Below, piece after piece: positions 52,534 to 62,978 of a stretch of DNA of 64,000 nt. This DNA is from an uncultured Gammaproteobacteria bacterium. Its GTDB lineage: Bacteria > Patescibacteriota > Microgenomatia > Levybacterales > UBA12049. Location of the stretch: NCBI GenBank assembly GCA_965230895.1, contig OZ246394.1, forward strand, positions 29,723-93,722. Reading direction: 5' to 3'. The position numbers and the translations under genes are program-made. Positions within the stretch are counted from its first letter, which is position 1. Every line of letters starts with the position of its first letter. The notes beneath the pieces were generated by a model, which searched no databases, had not been told where the DNA came from, and was given only the letters and a program-made list of their open reading frames with translations.

Positions 52534-53520
52534 ATGAAGTATCAATTAGGAATTCTCGGTGGAACATTTGATCACCTGCATGCAGGACATAAAAAATTAT
52601 TGGATACTGCTTTTTCTGAAACGCAGAAAGTTATTGTAGGTGTTGCATCGAGTAAGTTATATGCGCACAAACAAAACGCGCATCTTATTGAGGAGTTTCA
52701 GATTCGTAAGGATGCAGTTTTAGATTACTTGAAGGAGAAGGGCTATGAAACCCGCGCAGAGATTATTCCTATTGATGACATCTATGGGAATAGTCTTACT
52801 GAAAAGAATATTGAAGTTATATTCGCCACAGAAGACAATCTTCCCAATGTTAAAAAGGTAAACGAGCAACGAACGCAGCGTGGATTTACGGCATTAGAAA
52901 TTGTGCATGTTCCATACGTTTTGGGAAGTGATGGAGAAGTTGTGACGTCAGCTCGGATCCGAAGGGGAGAAATCGACAGTGAAGGTTTTTCATTTGCTTC
53001 ATTGTTCACGAGAGATTTCAAATTACCTGAAGATTTGAAAGATGCTTTGCGCAAACCGTTTGGCGATGTCTACAAAGAAGCTTCTCAAGTAATTGAATTT
53101 TATAAAAATAATCTCATGATCTCAGTTGGCGATGTCATTTCGCTTTCTCTAGTAAAGTCAGATCATCAAGCCGATGTTAGTATTGTGGATCTAAAAACAA
53201 GAAGAAGTATGCTGCAAGAATCTGATATTGAGATATTCTATGCAATGGATTCTCTAACTTCAGCGAGAAACGCGGCTGGAACTATAGAGCAAAATGCAGC
53301 AGAACGTATTCAAACAGCGCTTAAATCATATGAAACAACGCAAGAAAAACAAACGATTGTTGTTGCGGGAGAAGAAGATTTACTTACAATCCCAGCCATA
53401 CTTTTGGCGCCACTCGATTCTGTTGTTGTGTACGGTCAATTTAATGTAGGTGTAATTGCAGTACATGTAACTGACACAAAAAAGCAGGAAGTTCTTAAGC
53501 TCCTTAAGCAGTTTTCCTAG
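52534..53520 (+). CDS. fusion of archaeal-type phosphopantetheine adenylyltransferase (cytidylyltransferase fold) and DUF359/GTP-dependent dephospho-CoA kinase-like domain
   Basis: The N-terminal GILGGTFDHLHAGHKKLL (HxGH nucleotidyltransferase motif) extends to ...SARIRRGEID. The C-terminal half has ISVGDVISLSLVKSDHQADVSIVDLKTRR, typical of the DUF359 family. Confidence 0.55.
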   Translation: MKYQLGILGGTFDHLHAGHKKLLDTAFSETQKVIVGVASSKLYAHKQNAHLIEEFQIRKDAVLDYLKEKGYETRAEIIPIDDIYGNSLTEKNIEVIFATEDNLPNVKKVNEQRTQRGFTALEIVHVPYVLGSDGEVVTSARIRRGEIDSEGFSFASLFTRDFKLPEDLKDALRKPFGDVYKEASQVIEFYKNNLMISVGDVISLSLVKSDHQADVSIVDLKTRRSMLQESDIEIFYAMDSLTSARNAAGTIEQNAAERIQTALKSYETTQEKQTIVVAGEEDLLTIPAILLAPLDSVVVYGQFNVGVIAVHVTDTKKQEVLKLLKQFS

Positions 53521-54076
53521 CACGCTTTTCTCTGGATCTTTTTCCATTCTTTAATCCATTTTGTGAGCCGTAGAGTTGTTTTGTCAGGAATAATGGTGAT
53601 TGATGTTCTGCAAGGATAATCTTCATCAAAGAAATTGTCCTATCCAATGCAATTGGTAATATATCCGCATCTCTTATGCCACAGGTAAGTCGTATATGGA
53701 ATTTTCCTCGGGGATCTCGGATCCAGTTCCATTTCGTGTTGCCTGCATAAGAAGCTCTTTGAGCACCTTTTGCAATTTTTGATTGGCAAAGGTATTCCAA
53801 GAGGATATGTTCAAATAAATGACCGATTTCTGTATGTCGTACTTCAGTGCTGAAAGGAAGTCCTTCATCGTTATAACATTCGGTATAAAGAACATTTGGG
53901 AGGTGCTCTGTCAGGAGATCAACAATATGAGGAATATCTTTTGTATTGACCTGGTTATACAGGACCTGCATTACAATTCTTGTCGACGTCTGTTTCTGTG
54001 TTATATCAAGAGAAAAAAGATTTTCAACAAGAAATTGTTGTGATGACGGCAGCACCCGAGCTGTAGTGACGTTCAT
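53504..54076 (-). CDS. hypothetical protein
   Basis: 190-aa ORF convergent with the previous gene. No motif recognised. Confidence 0.45.
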   Translation of the reverse strand: MNVTTARVLPSSQQFLVENLFSLDITQKQTSTRIVMQVLYNQVNTKDIPHIVDLLTEHLPNVLYTECYNDEGLPFSTEVRHTEIGHLFEHILLEYLCQSKIAKGAQRASYAGNTKWNWIRDPRGKFHIRLTCGIRDADILPIALDRTISLMKIILAEHQSPLFLTKQLYGSQNGLKNGKRSREKRARKTA

Positions 54077-54225
54077 AAGGGAATAGATAAGTTCTTACCC
54101 GTTTCTTACGGATATATTTCCACTCTATATCGTTTTAGAAAAAGTGTCAAGGTGAGCAGTAAATTTTCGTTTAGATTGCATTATTAAGATAAACGAATAA
54201 ATTCTAAAATAGATATAGCAATCAA

Positions 54226-56484
54226 TTAAGGATTAACCTGGACAGTAGGGATAAGTGTTGTCACAGGTCCAGAACCTGAGGTTGGTGTTGGGATCGGTGT
54301 GCTGGTCGGTTGCGGTGTGCTGGTCGGATTATCATCATTATTTTGATCATCAGGTTGATTTGTTGGTGTTGGCTGTTCTGATGGTTGTGGTGTGTCTGTA
54401 GGTCTTTCAGTTGGCGTATCACAAGACGGTGGTTGTGTCCCTGCAATAAAGAATTCTGTTATGCTAGTTGGACGACCGTTTCTACAAATAGGTTCACTGA
54501 CAACAAATGTCGGCTTCTTAAATTCTTCGACAGGTTTTCCCATAAGATAATGGCCCATCATATTTCTCCAAATTGGTGCTGCGCCAAGTGAACCAGCAAC
54601 ATTGTCCATGGGAGAGTTGTCATTATTTCCGACCCATACTCCAACTACAAGACTTGGAGTATATCCGACTGTGAGCGCATCTCTATAATCTTCTGTTGTT
54701 CCTGTTTTCACTGCAGCTGGTCTGGAAATTGTGAGAGAACCTCCAAATACTTCAGAGCGTGCGCGATTATCTGAAAGGATTGATGAAATCAGGAAAGAAG
54801 CTTCAGGGCTGATAACTTCTCTTTCTCCAGATCTATTTGCAGATCTGAACCAATTGAGTGGATTTAATCGCTCCCAGAAGCTTTGTGGTTGCGTTACTTT
54901 CTGATTATATTTATTGGTAATTTCCATAATGCCAGTCGGTTTATGATACACACCTTCATTTGCGAAAACCGCATATGCATTTGTCAATTCAAGAAGTGGT
55001 ACTTCACCTGTTCCAAGAACAAGCGACAATCCATAATTCCTGTCAGCATTTAATGTCGTTATTCCGAAATCGCTTGCAGTACTTAACCCGCGGGAAACTC
55101 CAACCATCTCCATAACTTCAACTGCTGGAATATTAAGGGAGTTAGCTAATGCTCGTCTGACTGTGACGTCACCACGATATCGTAAGTCATAATTCTTTGG
55201 TTTATAACTTCCTGCAAACGTTGTCTCTTTATCTTCAAGTTCTGTCGCTGGAGTGATCTGCTTATCTTCCAAAGCTCGTGCATAAATAAATGGCTTAAAA
55301 GAAGATCCAGGCTGTCGAGGTGTGATAGCCATATTTGTTTGTCCAAAGCTTTCATCATTCCAATCATAACTTCCGACCATTGCAAGGATCTGGCCATTCT
55401 TTGGATCGATTGCTACTGCTGCACCATTGCTTGCATCGTTATATTTTATTCTTTCAATTTGCGTTCTTACTGCATCTTGCGCATACTCCTGGAACTCGCG
55501 ATCCATCGTTGTTTTAACTCGAAAACCTTCACTGACAACACGTTCTTCACCAAACTCTTGAATCAATTGATTCCGTATGTAATTAGCGAAATGAAACGCA
55601 ATTGTGTTTGTGTCACGTTTGATTGGATTCGATTTATAGACAAGTGGTTCATCGTATGCGGCGTCAGCTTGTCCCTGAGTGATATAACCTTCTTCTACCA
55701 TTTCATCCAGAACGTATTGCTGTCTTATCTTTGCCTTATCATCAGGATTGGAAAGCGGGGAGTAGGCTGATGGAGCTGGGAGTACTCCAATAAGTAATGC
55801 GGATTGTGCAAGTGAAAGATCTTTGGCAGGAATTCCGAAATAAATTTGTGAAGCATTCTCTATACCAAATGCACCTTCGCCAAAATAGATAGAGTTCAGA
55901 TACATCTCCATAATATCTTCTTTACTAAATCGTCTTGTTAATTCGGCCGCTAGTACAATCTCTTGATACTTTCGGAGATAATTCCTCGATTGGCTCAGAA
56001 ACGCATTCTTTGCTAACCCTTGTGTGATTGTCGATCCTCCTTCAACTATTTGTCCTGCAAAGATATTAACCACAAACGCTCGAAGAATACCGGTTATTGA
56101 GAATCCTTGATTCGTGTAGAAATTTTTATCTTCAGATGATATAAGCGCCTCTTGGGCCGTAACAGGAATTTCAGAGAATGAAACATAAGAAATTTCTTTT
56201 GGTTGATAGAACGTATAAAATGGCTCACCATCTCTATCTTGTAATGTTAAACCTGTCAGTCCACGATTCATGACACTATCTTTATCTTTTAGATCTCGTG
56301 CGAAGTACAAATATGTCGCAGGAGGGACAAGTGCCAGAAATGTTATAAGTAAACATAGCGAATAGAATATCTTTCGTTTATGACGGGCAAGGAGGTTTTT
56401 CGTTGCCTCTTTAAGGCTAAAATTTTTCAAACTCCATTTTTTTTTAGGAAAGTGTGTATTCTTATGATCAAGGCGAGATCTCAT
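54226..56484 (-). CDS. class A penicillin-binding protein (glycosyltransferase GT51 + transpeptidase)
   Basis: GT51 motifs: EDKNFYTNQGFS, GGSTITQGLAKN, RKYQEIVLA. Transpeptidase motifs: SSFKP (SxxK) and KTGTT. It has an N-terminal TM helix and a Pro/Thr-rich tail. Start set at MRSRL (56484) to avoid overlap with msrB. Confidence 0.9.
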   Translation of the reverse strand: MRSRLDHKNTHFPKKKWSLKNFSLKEATKNLLARHKRKIFYSLCLLITFLALVPPATYLYFARDLKDKDSVMNRGLTGLTLQDRDGEPFYTFYQPKEISYVSFSEIPVTAQEALISSEDKNFYTNQGFSITGILRAFVVNIFAGQIVEGGSTITQGLAKNAFLSQSRNYLRKYQEIVLAAELTRRFSKEDIMEMYLNSIYFGEGAFGIENASQIYFGIPAKDLSLAQSALLIGVLPAPSAYSPLSNPDDKAKIRQQYVLDEMVEEGYITQGQADAAYDEPLVYKSNPIKRDTNTIAFHFANYIRNQLIQEFGEERVVSEGFRVKTTMDREFQEYAQDAVRTQIERIKYNDASNGAAVAIDPKNGQILAMVGSYDWNDESFGQTNMAITPRQPGSSFKPFIYARALEDKQITPATELEDKETTFAGSYKPKNYDLRYRGDVTVRRALANSLNIPAVEVMEMVGVSRGLSTASDFGITTLNADRNYGLSLVLGTGEVPLLELTNAYAVFANEGVYHKPTGIMEITNKYNQKVTQPQSFWERLNPLNWFRSANRSGEREVISPEASFLISSILSDNRARSEVFGGSLTISRPAAVKTGTTEDYRDALTVGYTPSLVVGVWVGNNDNSPMDNVAGSLGAAPIWRNMMGHYLMGKPVEEFKKPTFVVSEPICRNGRPTSITEFFIAGTQPPSCDTPTERPTDTPQPSEQPTPTNQPDDQNNDDNPTSTPQPTSTPIPTPTSGSGPVTTLIPTVQVNP

Positions 56485-56556
56485 ATGTGAATGCCTATTA
56501 ATTGTAGCATAAACAGCTTTATCAACTAAACTTGCCAAAAGTTGTATAATATAAGT

Positions 56557-56964
56557 ATGGCACATATGCGGGATAAATCAGAAGATTACTGGAAAGAGAA
56601 ATTAACTCCGGAACAATATCACGTTTTGCGGGAAAAAGGAACTGAAGTTCCCGGATCAGGTACGTTACTTAATAATGATGAGAATGGTGATTATAGATGC
56701 GCTGCGTGCGATTCGGTTGTATTCAAGAGTGATTCCAAATATGAGTCTACTATTCCTGGATTAATTGGATGGCCAAGTTTTGCGGAAGTCGCCAATAGTG
56801 ATGCTGTTGAATTGAGACCAGATAATGATCATGGAATGATGCGGACCGAAGTAATTTGCAAGAATTGTGGGAGCCATCTTGGACATCTTTTCGATGATGA
56901 AACATCTCCTACGAATAAACATTACTGTATTAATTCATGTGCATTAAATTTTGAAAAGAAATAG
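56557..56964 (+). CDS. msrB: peptide-methionine (R)-S-oxide reductase
   Basis: YRCAACDSVVF...GWPSF...CKNCGSHLGHLF (two CxxC pairs plus the catalytic region). TATAAT at 56546-56551 lies 5 nt before the ATG at 56557. Confidence 0.9.
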   Translation: MAHMRDKSEDYWKEKLTPEQYHVLREKGTEVPGSGTLLNNDENGDYRCAACDSVVFKSDSKYESTIPGLIGWPSFAEVANSDAVELRPDNDHGMMRTEVICKNCGSHLGHLFDDETSPTNKHYCINSCALNFEKK

Positions 56965-56966
56965 CC

Positions 56967-57143
56967 TTAAACTCTTCTTCTAAAGACTACAGTCTCGTTA
57001 CTATTATCTCTAGGTCCTTCAGTTTTCTCAGTTGGAAACTCTTGTTTCTGCAAAGCTTTCTTTGCTAATCCTTCATTTCTTTTTATGTGTGCCTTTACTT
57101 GCTCAAGCAAACTAGATGGCACTGGCGTAAATTCTTTTTTCAT
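56967..57143 (-). CDS. possible small hypothetical protein (58 aa, below ORF-track cutoff)
   Basis: Manual translation of the minus strand gives MKKEFTPVPSSLLEQVKAHIKRNEGLAKKALQKQEFPTEKTEGPRDNSNETVVFRRRV*. There is no supporting motif. Confidence 0.25.
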   Translation of the reverse strand: MKKEFTPVPSSLLEQVKAHIKRNEGLAKKALQKQEFPTEKTEGPRDNSNETVVFRRRV

Positions 57144-57156
57144 AATCGTTTAGTAC

Positions 57157-57200
57157 AAACAAAAAAGTTACAGGCAGATAAGAAACTCCTATCTGCCTGT
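57157..57200 (-). terminator. rho-independent terminator of the KGG-repeat gene
   Basis: ACAGGCAGATA-agaaactcc-TATCTGCCTGT (57170-57200). On the minus strand it is followed by AACTTTTTTGTTTG. Confidence 0.65.
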
Positions 57201-57218
57201 TAAAGTAACTTATTCATA

Positions 57219-57578
57219 TTACTCATCTCTACGTCCGCCGCCATGAGAAGATTGACCTCCCATACTTGCGACTTCTTCACGAGTTTCTTGGTCAGCGTTT
57301 TGTAGACCACGTCCATTTGGATGTGCTGCACTTCCGCCTTTTTGTCCAAGAGTACTCATGTCTTGTGTCGATGATGATGTTTGTCCACCTCGACTTCTAT
57401 CATCATCAGTCAATTGGTGAGCGTTACCACTGCTTTGCGCAGCTTGACCACCTTTTTGACCTAGCTGACTCATGTCTTGCTTCTGTGATGAAGCCTGACC
57501 GCCTTTACTCTGAATCTCTTGTTTTGTTGATGGATCCATGTTATCTGATCCGAGACCTCTGTTAGATGTATCTGTCAT
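57219..57578 (-). CDS. general stress protein with KGG (stress-induced) repeats
   Basis: Repeated SKGGQASS / QKGGQAAQ / SRGGQTSS / QKGGSAAH / SMGGQSSHGGG units. AAGGAGGTG RBS. Confidence 0.7.
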   Translation of the reverse strand: MTDTSNRGLGSDNMDPSTKQEIQSKGGQASSQKQDMSQLGQKGGQAAQSSGNAHQLTDDDRSRGGQTSSSTQDMSTLGQKGGSAAHPNGRGLQNADQETREEVASMGGQSSHGGGRRDE

Positions 57579-57667
57579 ATATTCACCTCCTTTCTAATAA
57601 ACTCATTCTATTTTTTTGGATTGAGATTGAAGTAAAAGGGGAGTAAGAATGGTGAAATAGAGATTAT

Positions 57668-58825
57668 CTAGCGATGCTTCTTGTGATAATTTGAATCAGG
57701 TTCAGTCTTTACAATAGAACATCTAATCTGTGGAATTGTTAGCTTGTATCCTAGGATTCGAATTTGTTTATATGTTTGGATGCATACAAGTTTAGTCTTT
57801 GGTGTAATCTGCTCATTCACAATAACCTGACTGGAAGGAGTGGGTGTTGGAGTCATTGGGGGAGTAGGGATTGCTGTCGGAATTGCAGTTGGCTGAGTAG
57901 TTGGAGCACTTGTTACAGTTGGTGCTGGCTGTGTTGGAGTAGGAGTTTTAGTTAAGGTAGGAACAGGTGTATTGGTTGGAGATGGCGCATTGGTAGGTTG
58001 GGATGTAGGTATTGGAGTATTTGTTGGCGAGTTGGTCGGTGCTATAGTCGGAACGTGTGTGGGTTGAGATGTGATAGTTGGGATAATCGTAGGAACTGCT
58101 GTTGGATTGACTGTAGGAGTAGCAGAGGGTATTGTCGATGGCATGTTTGTAGGCTGTACAGATATTGTCGGTTGTACAGCCGATACATTAGAATTACGAG
58201 GTAAAGCAGAAGTGAATAATACAAAATCTGTACTATTATTATCTGAATCGAGCTCATTTCCAGCAGATGCTTCCGACCCTCCGGTAAATAATGATTGGGG
58301 AGTGGAAGTATTCGAAGCTTTTCTTACGATACTCTCTCCACCTTCAGGATTATCTGTAAAGCCTGCAGTTTCTACATCGACAGCCGTTCCAAGCCCAACT
58401 TTATCTACGGTTGTAAGTCCCGCATCACTAAAGAGGGTAATTGTGTTATTTGTCGTCATTGCGCTGCTTGATGACGAATATAATTGATCTGCAATTGAAT
58501 TCGTAACTGCTGCTGGGTGACTGATGAGGAAATAGCTTTTTGGTTTTATGACACCTGAAAGACTCGCAACAAGGTTTTGAACCGAACCTCCTGTCGATGA
58601 TTTTCTAGTAAGCCTCCATTTTGCCAAATCTATATTTGAGTTTGTTGGATTGTAAAGTTCAACGAATTCATCATTTGCCGAAGTACCACTAAGTTGAATT
58701 TGGGATATAACAATGTGGTTTGTCTCCGCTTTTGCTTTCTCTGATTGATTACTCGCGATATATGCAAATATTATTATTGCATAAATGAATGTTGCTAGTA
58801 AAAAGAGATTAGATTTATTTCTCAT
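57668..58825 (-). CDS. secreted lamin-tail-domain (LTD) protein with Pro/Thr-rich linker
   Basis: N-terminal signal/TM MRNKSNLFLLATFIYAIIIFAYIA. LTD pattern ISQIQLSGTSANDEFVELYNPTNSNIDLAKWRL. A long PT-rich region follows. Confidence 0.7.
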   Translation of the reverse strand: MRNKSNLFLLATFIYAIIIFAYIASNQSEKAKAETNHIVISQIQLSGTSANDEFVELYNPTNSNIDLAKWRLTRKSSTGGSVQNLVASLSGVIKPKSYFLISHPAAVTNSIADQLYSSSSSAMTTNNTITLFSDAGLTTVDKVGLGTAVDVETAGFTDNPEGGESIVRKASNTSTPQSLFTGGSEASAGNELDSDNNSTDFVLFTSALPRNSNVSAVQPTISVQPTNMPSTIPSATPTVNPTAVPTIIPTITSQPTHVPTIAPTNSPTNTPIPTSQPTNAPSPTNTPVPTLTKTPTPTQPAPTVTSAPTTQPTAIPTAIPTPPMTPTPTPSSQVIVNEQITPKTKLVCIQTYKQIRILGYKLTIPQIRCSIVKTEPDSNYHKKHR

Positions 58826-58897
58826 ATAATTATATTAAACTCTCACGAGGATATATGTCAATAGAACAAAATGGGTCAATTTTTGGAGAGTTGGAGC

Positions 58898-59599
58898 TTA
58901 ATTATGAGTGCCTGAAAGTACAAGACGAGGATCAACATATATATCTACTGGTTCTTCTGAGGCTATTTTTAATGCATTCTCTTCAGCAACTAAATCTAGC
59001 CGTTCAGCTTCGTGTGCTTTGTCTACTGCATCTAGAGTCTTCATATACCCTGTATATATTCTATTCATTACACTCATCGCACTGGACTCATGTTGTACAT
59101 ATATATCTGGTAATTTATCTGCGTCTGGGTTCGGTGCAGCCTTTTCGTCTTCGCTAAGTGCATTATGCTCAATATTTATCTCTCTTCCTTTGAATGGTCC
59201 AGTGTTTCCATTTGTAAATTCTATTTTTTCAGCATTAGGCCCAGTTGTATGAACTGACACCTTTGCAGAACCTTCAGCCGTATTATCTCCTTCAGTATGT
59301 TCAAATGTAATTTTACTAACATTAGAAAATGGATTGTCCAAAGTGGCTCGTGTCGTTTTCGTGCCTGAGACTCTTGCACCGCCTATAACCTCAATCATAG
59401 CCGAAGTATATCTCGAAAATTGTTGGCCTGTCATAAAAGCGTCTGTGCCTCTATGTTCAAGAGAACCTTCAATATCTTTTTTAAGAAGCTCGCGCATTAC
59501 GGGCCCAGCTGGCTCGAAAGGTTCTGTAGCCCTGGTTGGAGAACTGTTCTCTCCTCTTCTGAGAAAAGGAGGATTATAAGCAAAGTTTTCCTGTCTCAT
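58898..59599 (-). CDS. hypothetical protein
   Basis: 233-aa ORF with no family motif recognised. Confidence 0.45.
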   Translation of the reverse strand: MRQENFAYNPPFLRRGENSSPTRATEPFEPAGPVMRELLKKDIEGSLEHRGTDAFMTGQQFSRYTSAMIEVIGGARVSGTKTTRATLDNPFSNVSKITFEHTEGDNTAEGSAKVSVHTTGPNAEKIEFTNGNTGPFKGREINIEHNALSEDEKAAPNPDADKLPDIYVQHESSAMSVMNRIYTGYMKTLDAVDKAHEAERLDLVAEENALKIASEEPVDIYVDPRLVLSGTHN

Positions 59600-59664
59600 A
59601 GTTCTATTGTAACAAAAGTGTAAGAACTATGCAAGAACATTAAACCTGACAGGTTTTGGACATT

Positions 59665-60873
59665 TTACTGATGAGTGAACTTAGATGAAATCATGTCCCA
59701 TAAGTCAGAATACTGCTTGTCATATCCGAGAGTCCAGATTGCGACTCCTCCAAAATTTTGTTTTTTTGCGAAGTCAAAGCGTGTTTCAACTGATCGGTTA
59801 TCAGCTAGCCAAATCTGTCTATCTGTGCCTGATTTGCTGTCTTTAAACCAGCACCATGTCTCCTGAGCAAGCTCATCCCATTTACATTGATTCTTTATCA
59901 GATCGCTGTTTTCTTTTGCTCTGGCATAAGAGATGACAGCCGCATAATTTCTATCATCGGTAGAAGGATAGGTAAGACTATTAATAGTTTCTCCATTTTC
60001 TACTGCCCATTCCCAGCCATAAAAAGGAACACCCATTACGAGTTTCTGAGCCGGAATATATTGCCTATAGTCTTCATATGTTGTTTCTACATCAAAGAAA
60101 TATTTATTCTCTTTAAACCCTTTCATAGGTGCAATAGGGCCGGCAATATCAGATGAAGATCCGTAGTAATCGTATGACATTCCGATAAATCGGTCATAGA
60201 TCGGCACTAATTGAGGAAAATCAAAGAGATCATCTTCCCGAGCAGCAAGAGGCATAATGCTTATACTTAATTCTGTTCCGGGAACTTCTTTATCAAGAGT
60301 AGTTTTTAACTTTTTACTAAACGCGGTAAATGCTGTTCGGTAGGCAGGATCTGGTTCGCCAAAGAACTCGAAATCTACGTTTATGCCTTGGAGGTTTCTA
60401 GATCTCACTTCTGTAATAATGTCAGCTATTAAATTATCCTGATATTCTTCATTGTCCAGGATTGTCATAATAAGTTCATTATCTAAAGCTGCAATTGTTA
60501 CTGTCACATCTGTACCGATAATATTTGCTTTTGTCGTAAAGTTTTTTAGATTCTCATTTTGCCAACCACGCCACCCTGGATCAGTTGCGCCGTCTACAAC
60601 TTTAGCTATATGGCCATCCGATCCCACGTTTAGACTGAAATAATTAAACTCTGAAAGCAATTGTGGGCGTACGTACCCAAGATCATCGAGCCTCCAATAG
60701 GGCATAAAACCGAGTACATGATTTTGCATTTTCTTATGCGGATTAATAAACTTTTCAATATAAAATTGTCCTGATATAAAAGGGGAAAGCGCAGGATGTG
60801 TTTGCGTGAGGAAGTAGTAAAAGCCAATTCCAAAGATAAGAAGTACGAGGATAAGGAAGGAAAGTATCTTCAT
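59665..60873 (-). CDS. glycoside hydrolase family 18 (chitinase-like) protein with N-terminal TM anchor
   Basis: GINVDFEF (DxxDxDxE-type catalytic strand), GGVAIWTLGYD near the C-terminus, and an N-terminal hydrophobic helix. Confidence 0.75.
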   Translation of the reverse strand: MKILSFLILVLLIFGIGFYYFLTQTHPALSPFISGQFYIEKFINPHKKMQNHVLGFMPYWRLDDLGYVRPQLLSEFNYFSLNVGSDGHIAKVVDGATDPGWRGWQNENLKNFTTKANIIGTDVTVTIAALDNELIMTILDNEEYQDNLIADIITEVRSRNLQGINVDFEFFGEPDPAYRTAFTAFSKKLKTTLDKEVPGTELSISIMPLAAREDDLFDFPQLVPIYDRFIGMSYDYYGSSSDIAGPIAPMKGFKENKYFFDVETTYEDYRQYIPAQKLVMGVPFYGWEWAVENGETINSLTYPSTDDRNYAAVISYARAKENSDLIKNQCKWDELAQETWCWFKDSKSGTDRQIWLADNRSVETRFDFAKKQNFGGVAIWTLGYDKQYSDLWDMISSKFTHQ

Positions 60874-60967
60874 GAATCTATTATAACGTAAAAATCCATT
60901 GGAGCCTATTTGTTACCTTTCGTCCCACTTGCATTAGATTTCTCTTTTCACGTATGCTAGAGATAGT

Positions 60968-61933
60968 ATGACGAGGCACTATAACGTAATTACTGTTGGA
61001 GAAACAACCATTGATGCTTTCATGACCCTTGCCGATGCAAATAAATCAATGCATGCAGAAGGTGGAGAAGTCAGTTTTAAACTTGGAGCGAAAATTGATG
61101 TAAGTACATATAACTTTGAAATCGGCGGCAATGCTACCAATGTTGCAGTAGGATTAACACGATTAGGTGTTAAAGCGACATTAGTTTCAGAAACTGGGGA
61201 TGATGAATTCTCAATGAAAATCCGCAATTGTCTTGCAAAGGAACGTATAGAAAGAACCTTTGTAACTGAATCCTCAGGGCCTTCCAATTTTTCCGTCATT
61301 ATTAACTTTAAAGGGGACCGGACGATTTTTGTTCAGGACGTTGAGCGAAAGCATGATTTTCATTTAACAGATGTAACCGCCGATATGGTCTATCTTACAA
61401 GTCTTGGTCGAGATTGGAGAACTCCCTATAAAAAGGTATTAGATTTTGTTGAAGAGAGTGGGGCAAGTTTGGCATTTAATCCCGGCTCGACACAACTTCG
61501 CGAAGGGAGAGATATGATAGAGCAGGTTTTGAAGAAAACCAAAATGGTTTTTCTCAATAAAGAAGAAGCTGAGATAATTCTTACCAATAACCAAACAGAC
61601 CATAATGATAGAGAATATATCCATGGGTTAATGGAGAAAATCCAAAAGCTCGGTCCTTGTACAGTTGTCTTAACAAACGGGAAAAAGGGCTCATATGCAC
61701 TTGATGATAAAGGAGAGTTTCATTATCACAGCACTTTAGATGGAGAAGTTATCGAGCGAACTGGGGCAGGAGACGCGTATACCTCGGGATTTATGGCAGC
61801 GAGTTTATATGGTTTAAGTTTGCCAAAGGCAATGGAATGGGGATCTCACAATGCTACTTCAGTTGTCGGTCATGTCGGTGCCCATAAAGGATTACTTTCA
61901 AAAGAAGTAATGGAAGAAAAAACTGAAGAATAA
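60968..61933 (+). CDS. PfkB-family carbohydrate kinase
   Basis: GGNATNVAVGL N-terminal motif and C-terminal DRTGAGDAYTSGF (the ORF shows ERTGAGDAYTSGF) anion-hole motif. Sugar specificity is not assignable. Confidence 0.8.
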   Translation: MTRHYNVITVGETTIDAFMTLADANKSMHAEGGEVSFKLGAKIDVSTYNFEIGGNATNVAVGLTRLGVKATLVSETGDDEFSMKIRNCLAKERIERTFVTESSGPSNFSVIINFKGDRTIFVQDVERKHDFHLTDVTADMVYLTSLGRDWRTPYKKVLDFVEESGASLAFNPGSTQLREGRDMIEQVLKKTKMVFLNKEEAEIILTNNQTDHNDREYIHGLMEKIQKLGPCTVVLTNGKKGSYALDDKGEFHYHSTLDGEVIERTGAGDAYTSGFMAASLYGLSLPKAMEWGSHNATSVVGHVGAHKGLLSKEVMEEKTEE

Positions 61934-61934
61934 T

Positions 61935-62909
61935 TTATTGATTAAAATCTGAAGCGTGACCTGCTTGACCAAAAGCCTTCATTCTCGCTGCAATCATATC
62001 TTTATTTGCAGTTCTAGCTTCAGCTAAATACTCTCGAGGATCAAATTTATCTGGGTGCTCCACGAAGAATCTTCTAATTGCAGCAGTTATTGCAAGACGT
62101 GTATCAGTATCAACATTTACTTTGCGGACTCCATGTTGAATTCCCATCTGGATTTCAGGTACTGGCACGCCCCAAGTCGGTTTGATTTGTCCGCCATACT
62201 TATTAATTTCTTGAAGTAATTCCTGAGGAACGCTTGATGATCCATGCATGACAAGATGTGTGTTTGGAAGTCTTTTGTGGATTTCGACGATTCGGTCCAT
62301 GACTAAAACAGTATGATCTGGTTCCTTTGTAAACTTATAAACGCCATGGCTTGTTCCAATAGCTACAGCAAGTGCATCAACGCCAGTTTCTTCCACAAAT
62401 TGCACTGCTTGATCTGGATCAGTGAGGAACTCACTTTTCATTTCTCCAGCGCCTGCGCCATCTTCAATTCCCCCGATAACACCAAGCTCTGCTTCAACTG
62501 ATACGCCCTTTGCATGTGCATAGGCTACGACTTCTTTTGTGACAGCAACATTTTCCTCGTAAGAAGTTGGAGTTTTATGATCTGCTTGTAGTGATCCATC
62601 AATCATAACACTGGTATATCCCATATCGACAGCTGAAAGACATGCTTCTTTACTTCCATGATCTTGATGCAAAACAGTAGGTATTTCAGGGTAGATTTCA
62701 GTCGCAGCAATCATCAAGTGATACAGGAATTTATCGTTTGCATATGTCCGAGCACCGCGAGATGCTTGAAGAATAACAGGTGAGTTTGTTTCTCGAGCAG
62801 CTTCCATAATCGCTTGGATTTGCTCCATGTTATTTACATTAAATCCACCAACACCATAATTTCCTTCTGCAGCTTTATCGAGGAGTTCACGAAGAGTAAT
62901 AAGTGCCAT
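61935..62909 (-). CDS. fba: class II fructose-bisphosphate aldolase
   Basis: [40 protein letters not shown] and LVMHGSS motifs. Start at MALITL (62909) or 10 codons upstream (62939). Confidence 0.9.
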   Translation of the reverse strand: MALITLRELLDKAAEGNYGVGGFNVNNMEQIQAIMEAARETNSPVILQASRGARTYANDKFLYHLMIAATEIYPEIPTVLHQDHGSKEACLSAVDMGYTSVMIDGSLQADHKTPTSYEENVAVTKEVVAYAHAKGVSVEAELGVIGGIEDGAGAGEMKSEFLTDPDQAVQFVEETGVDALAVAIGTSHGVYKFTKEPDHTVLVMDRIVEIHKRLPNTHLVMHGSSSVPQELLQEINKYGGQIKPTWGVPVPEIQMGIQHGVRKVNVDTDTRLAITAAIRRFFVEHPDKFDPREYLAEARTANKDMIAARMKAFGQAGHASDFNQ

Positions 62910-62978
62910 AGTATTATTCAATACTACTTGTTTGTGCAATAAAAAGCAAGAGAAGAGATTACTTTGTTATAATGCACT

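Noticed and set aside
58898..59599. Possible leader-like N-terminus (MRQENFAYNPPFLRRGENSSPTRATEPFEPAGP) on a chromosomal hypothetical protein. A similar case is MSEFGPEGGPSSAEQKRTLPERF at 603-1901.
   Set aside because: There is only a vague resemblance (N-E-x-F, Pro-rich). These sequences lack the [ST]F[ST] ... PP.R..RIVSP core. They need an HMM score before any claim.
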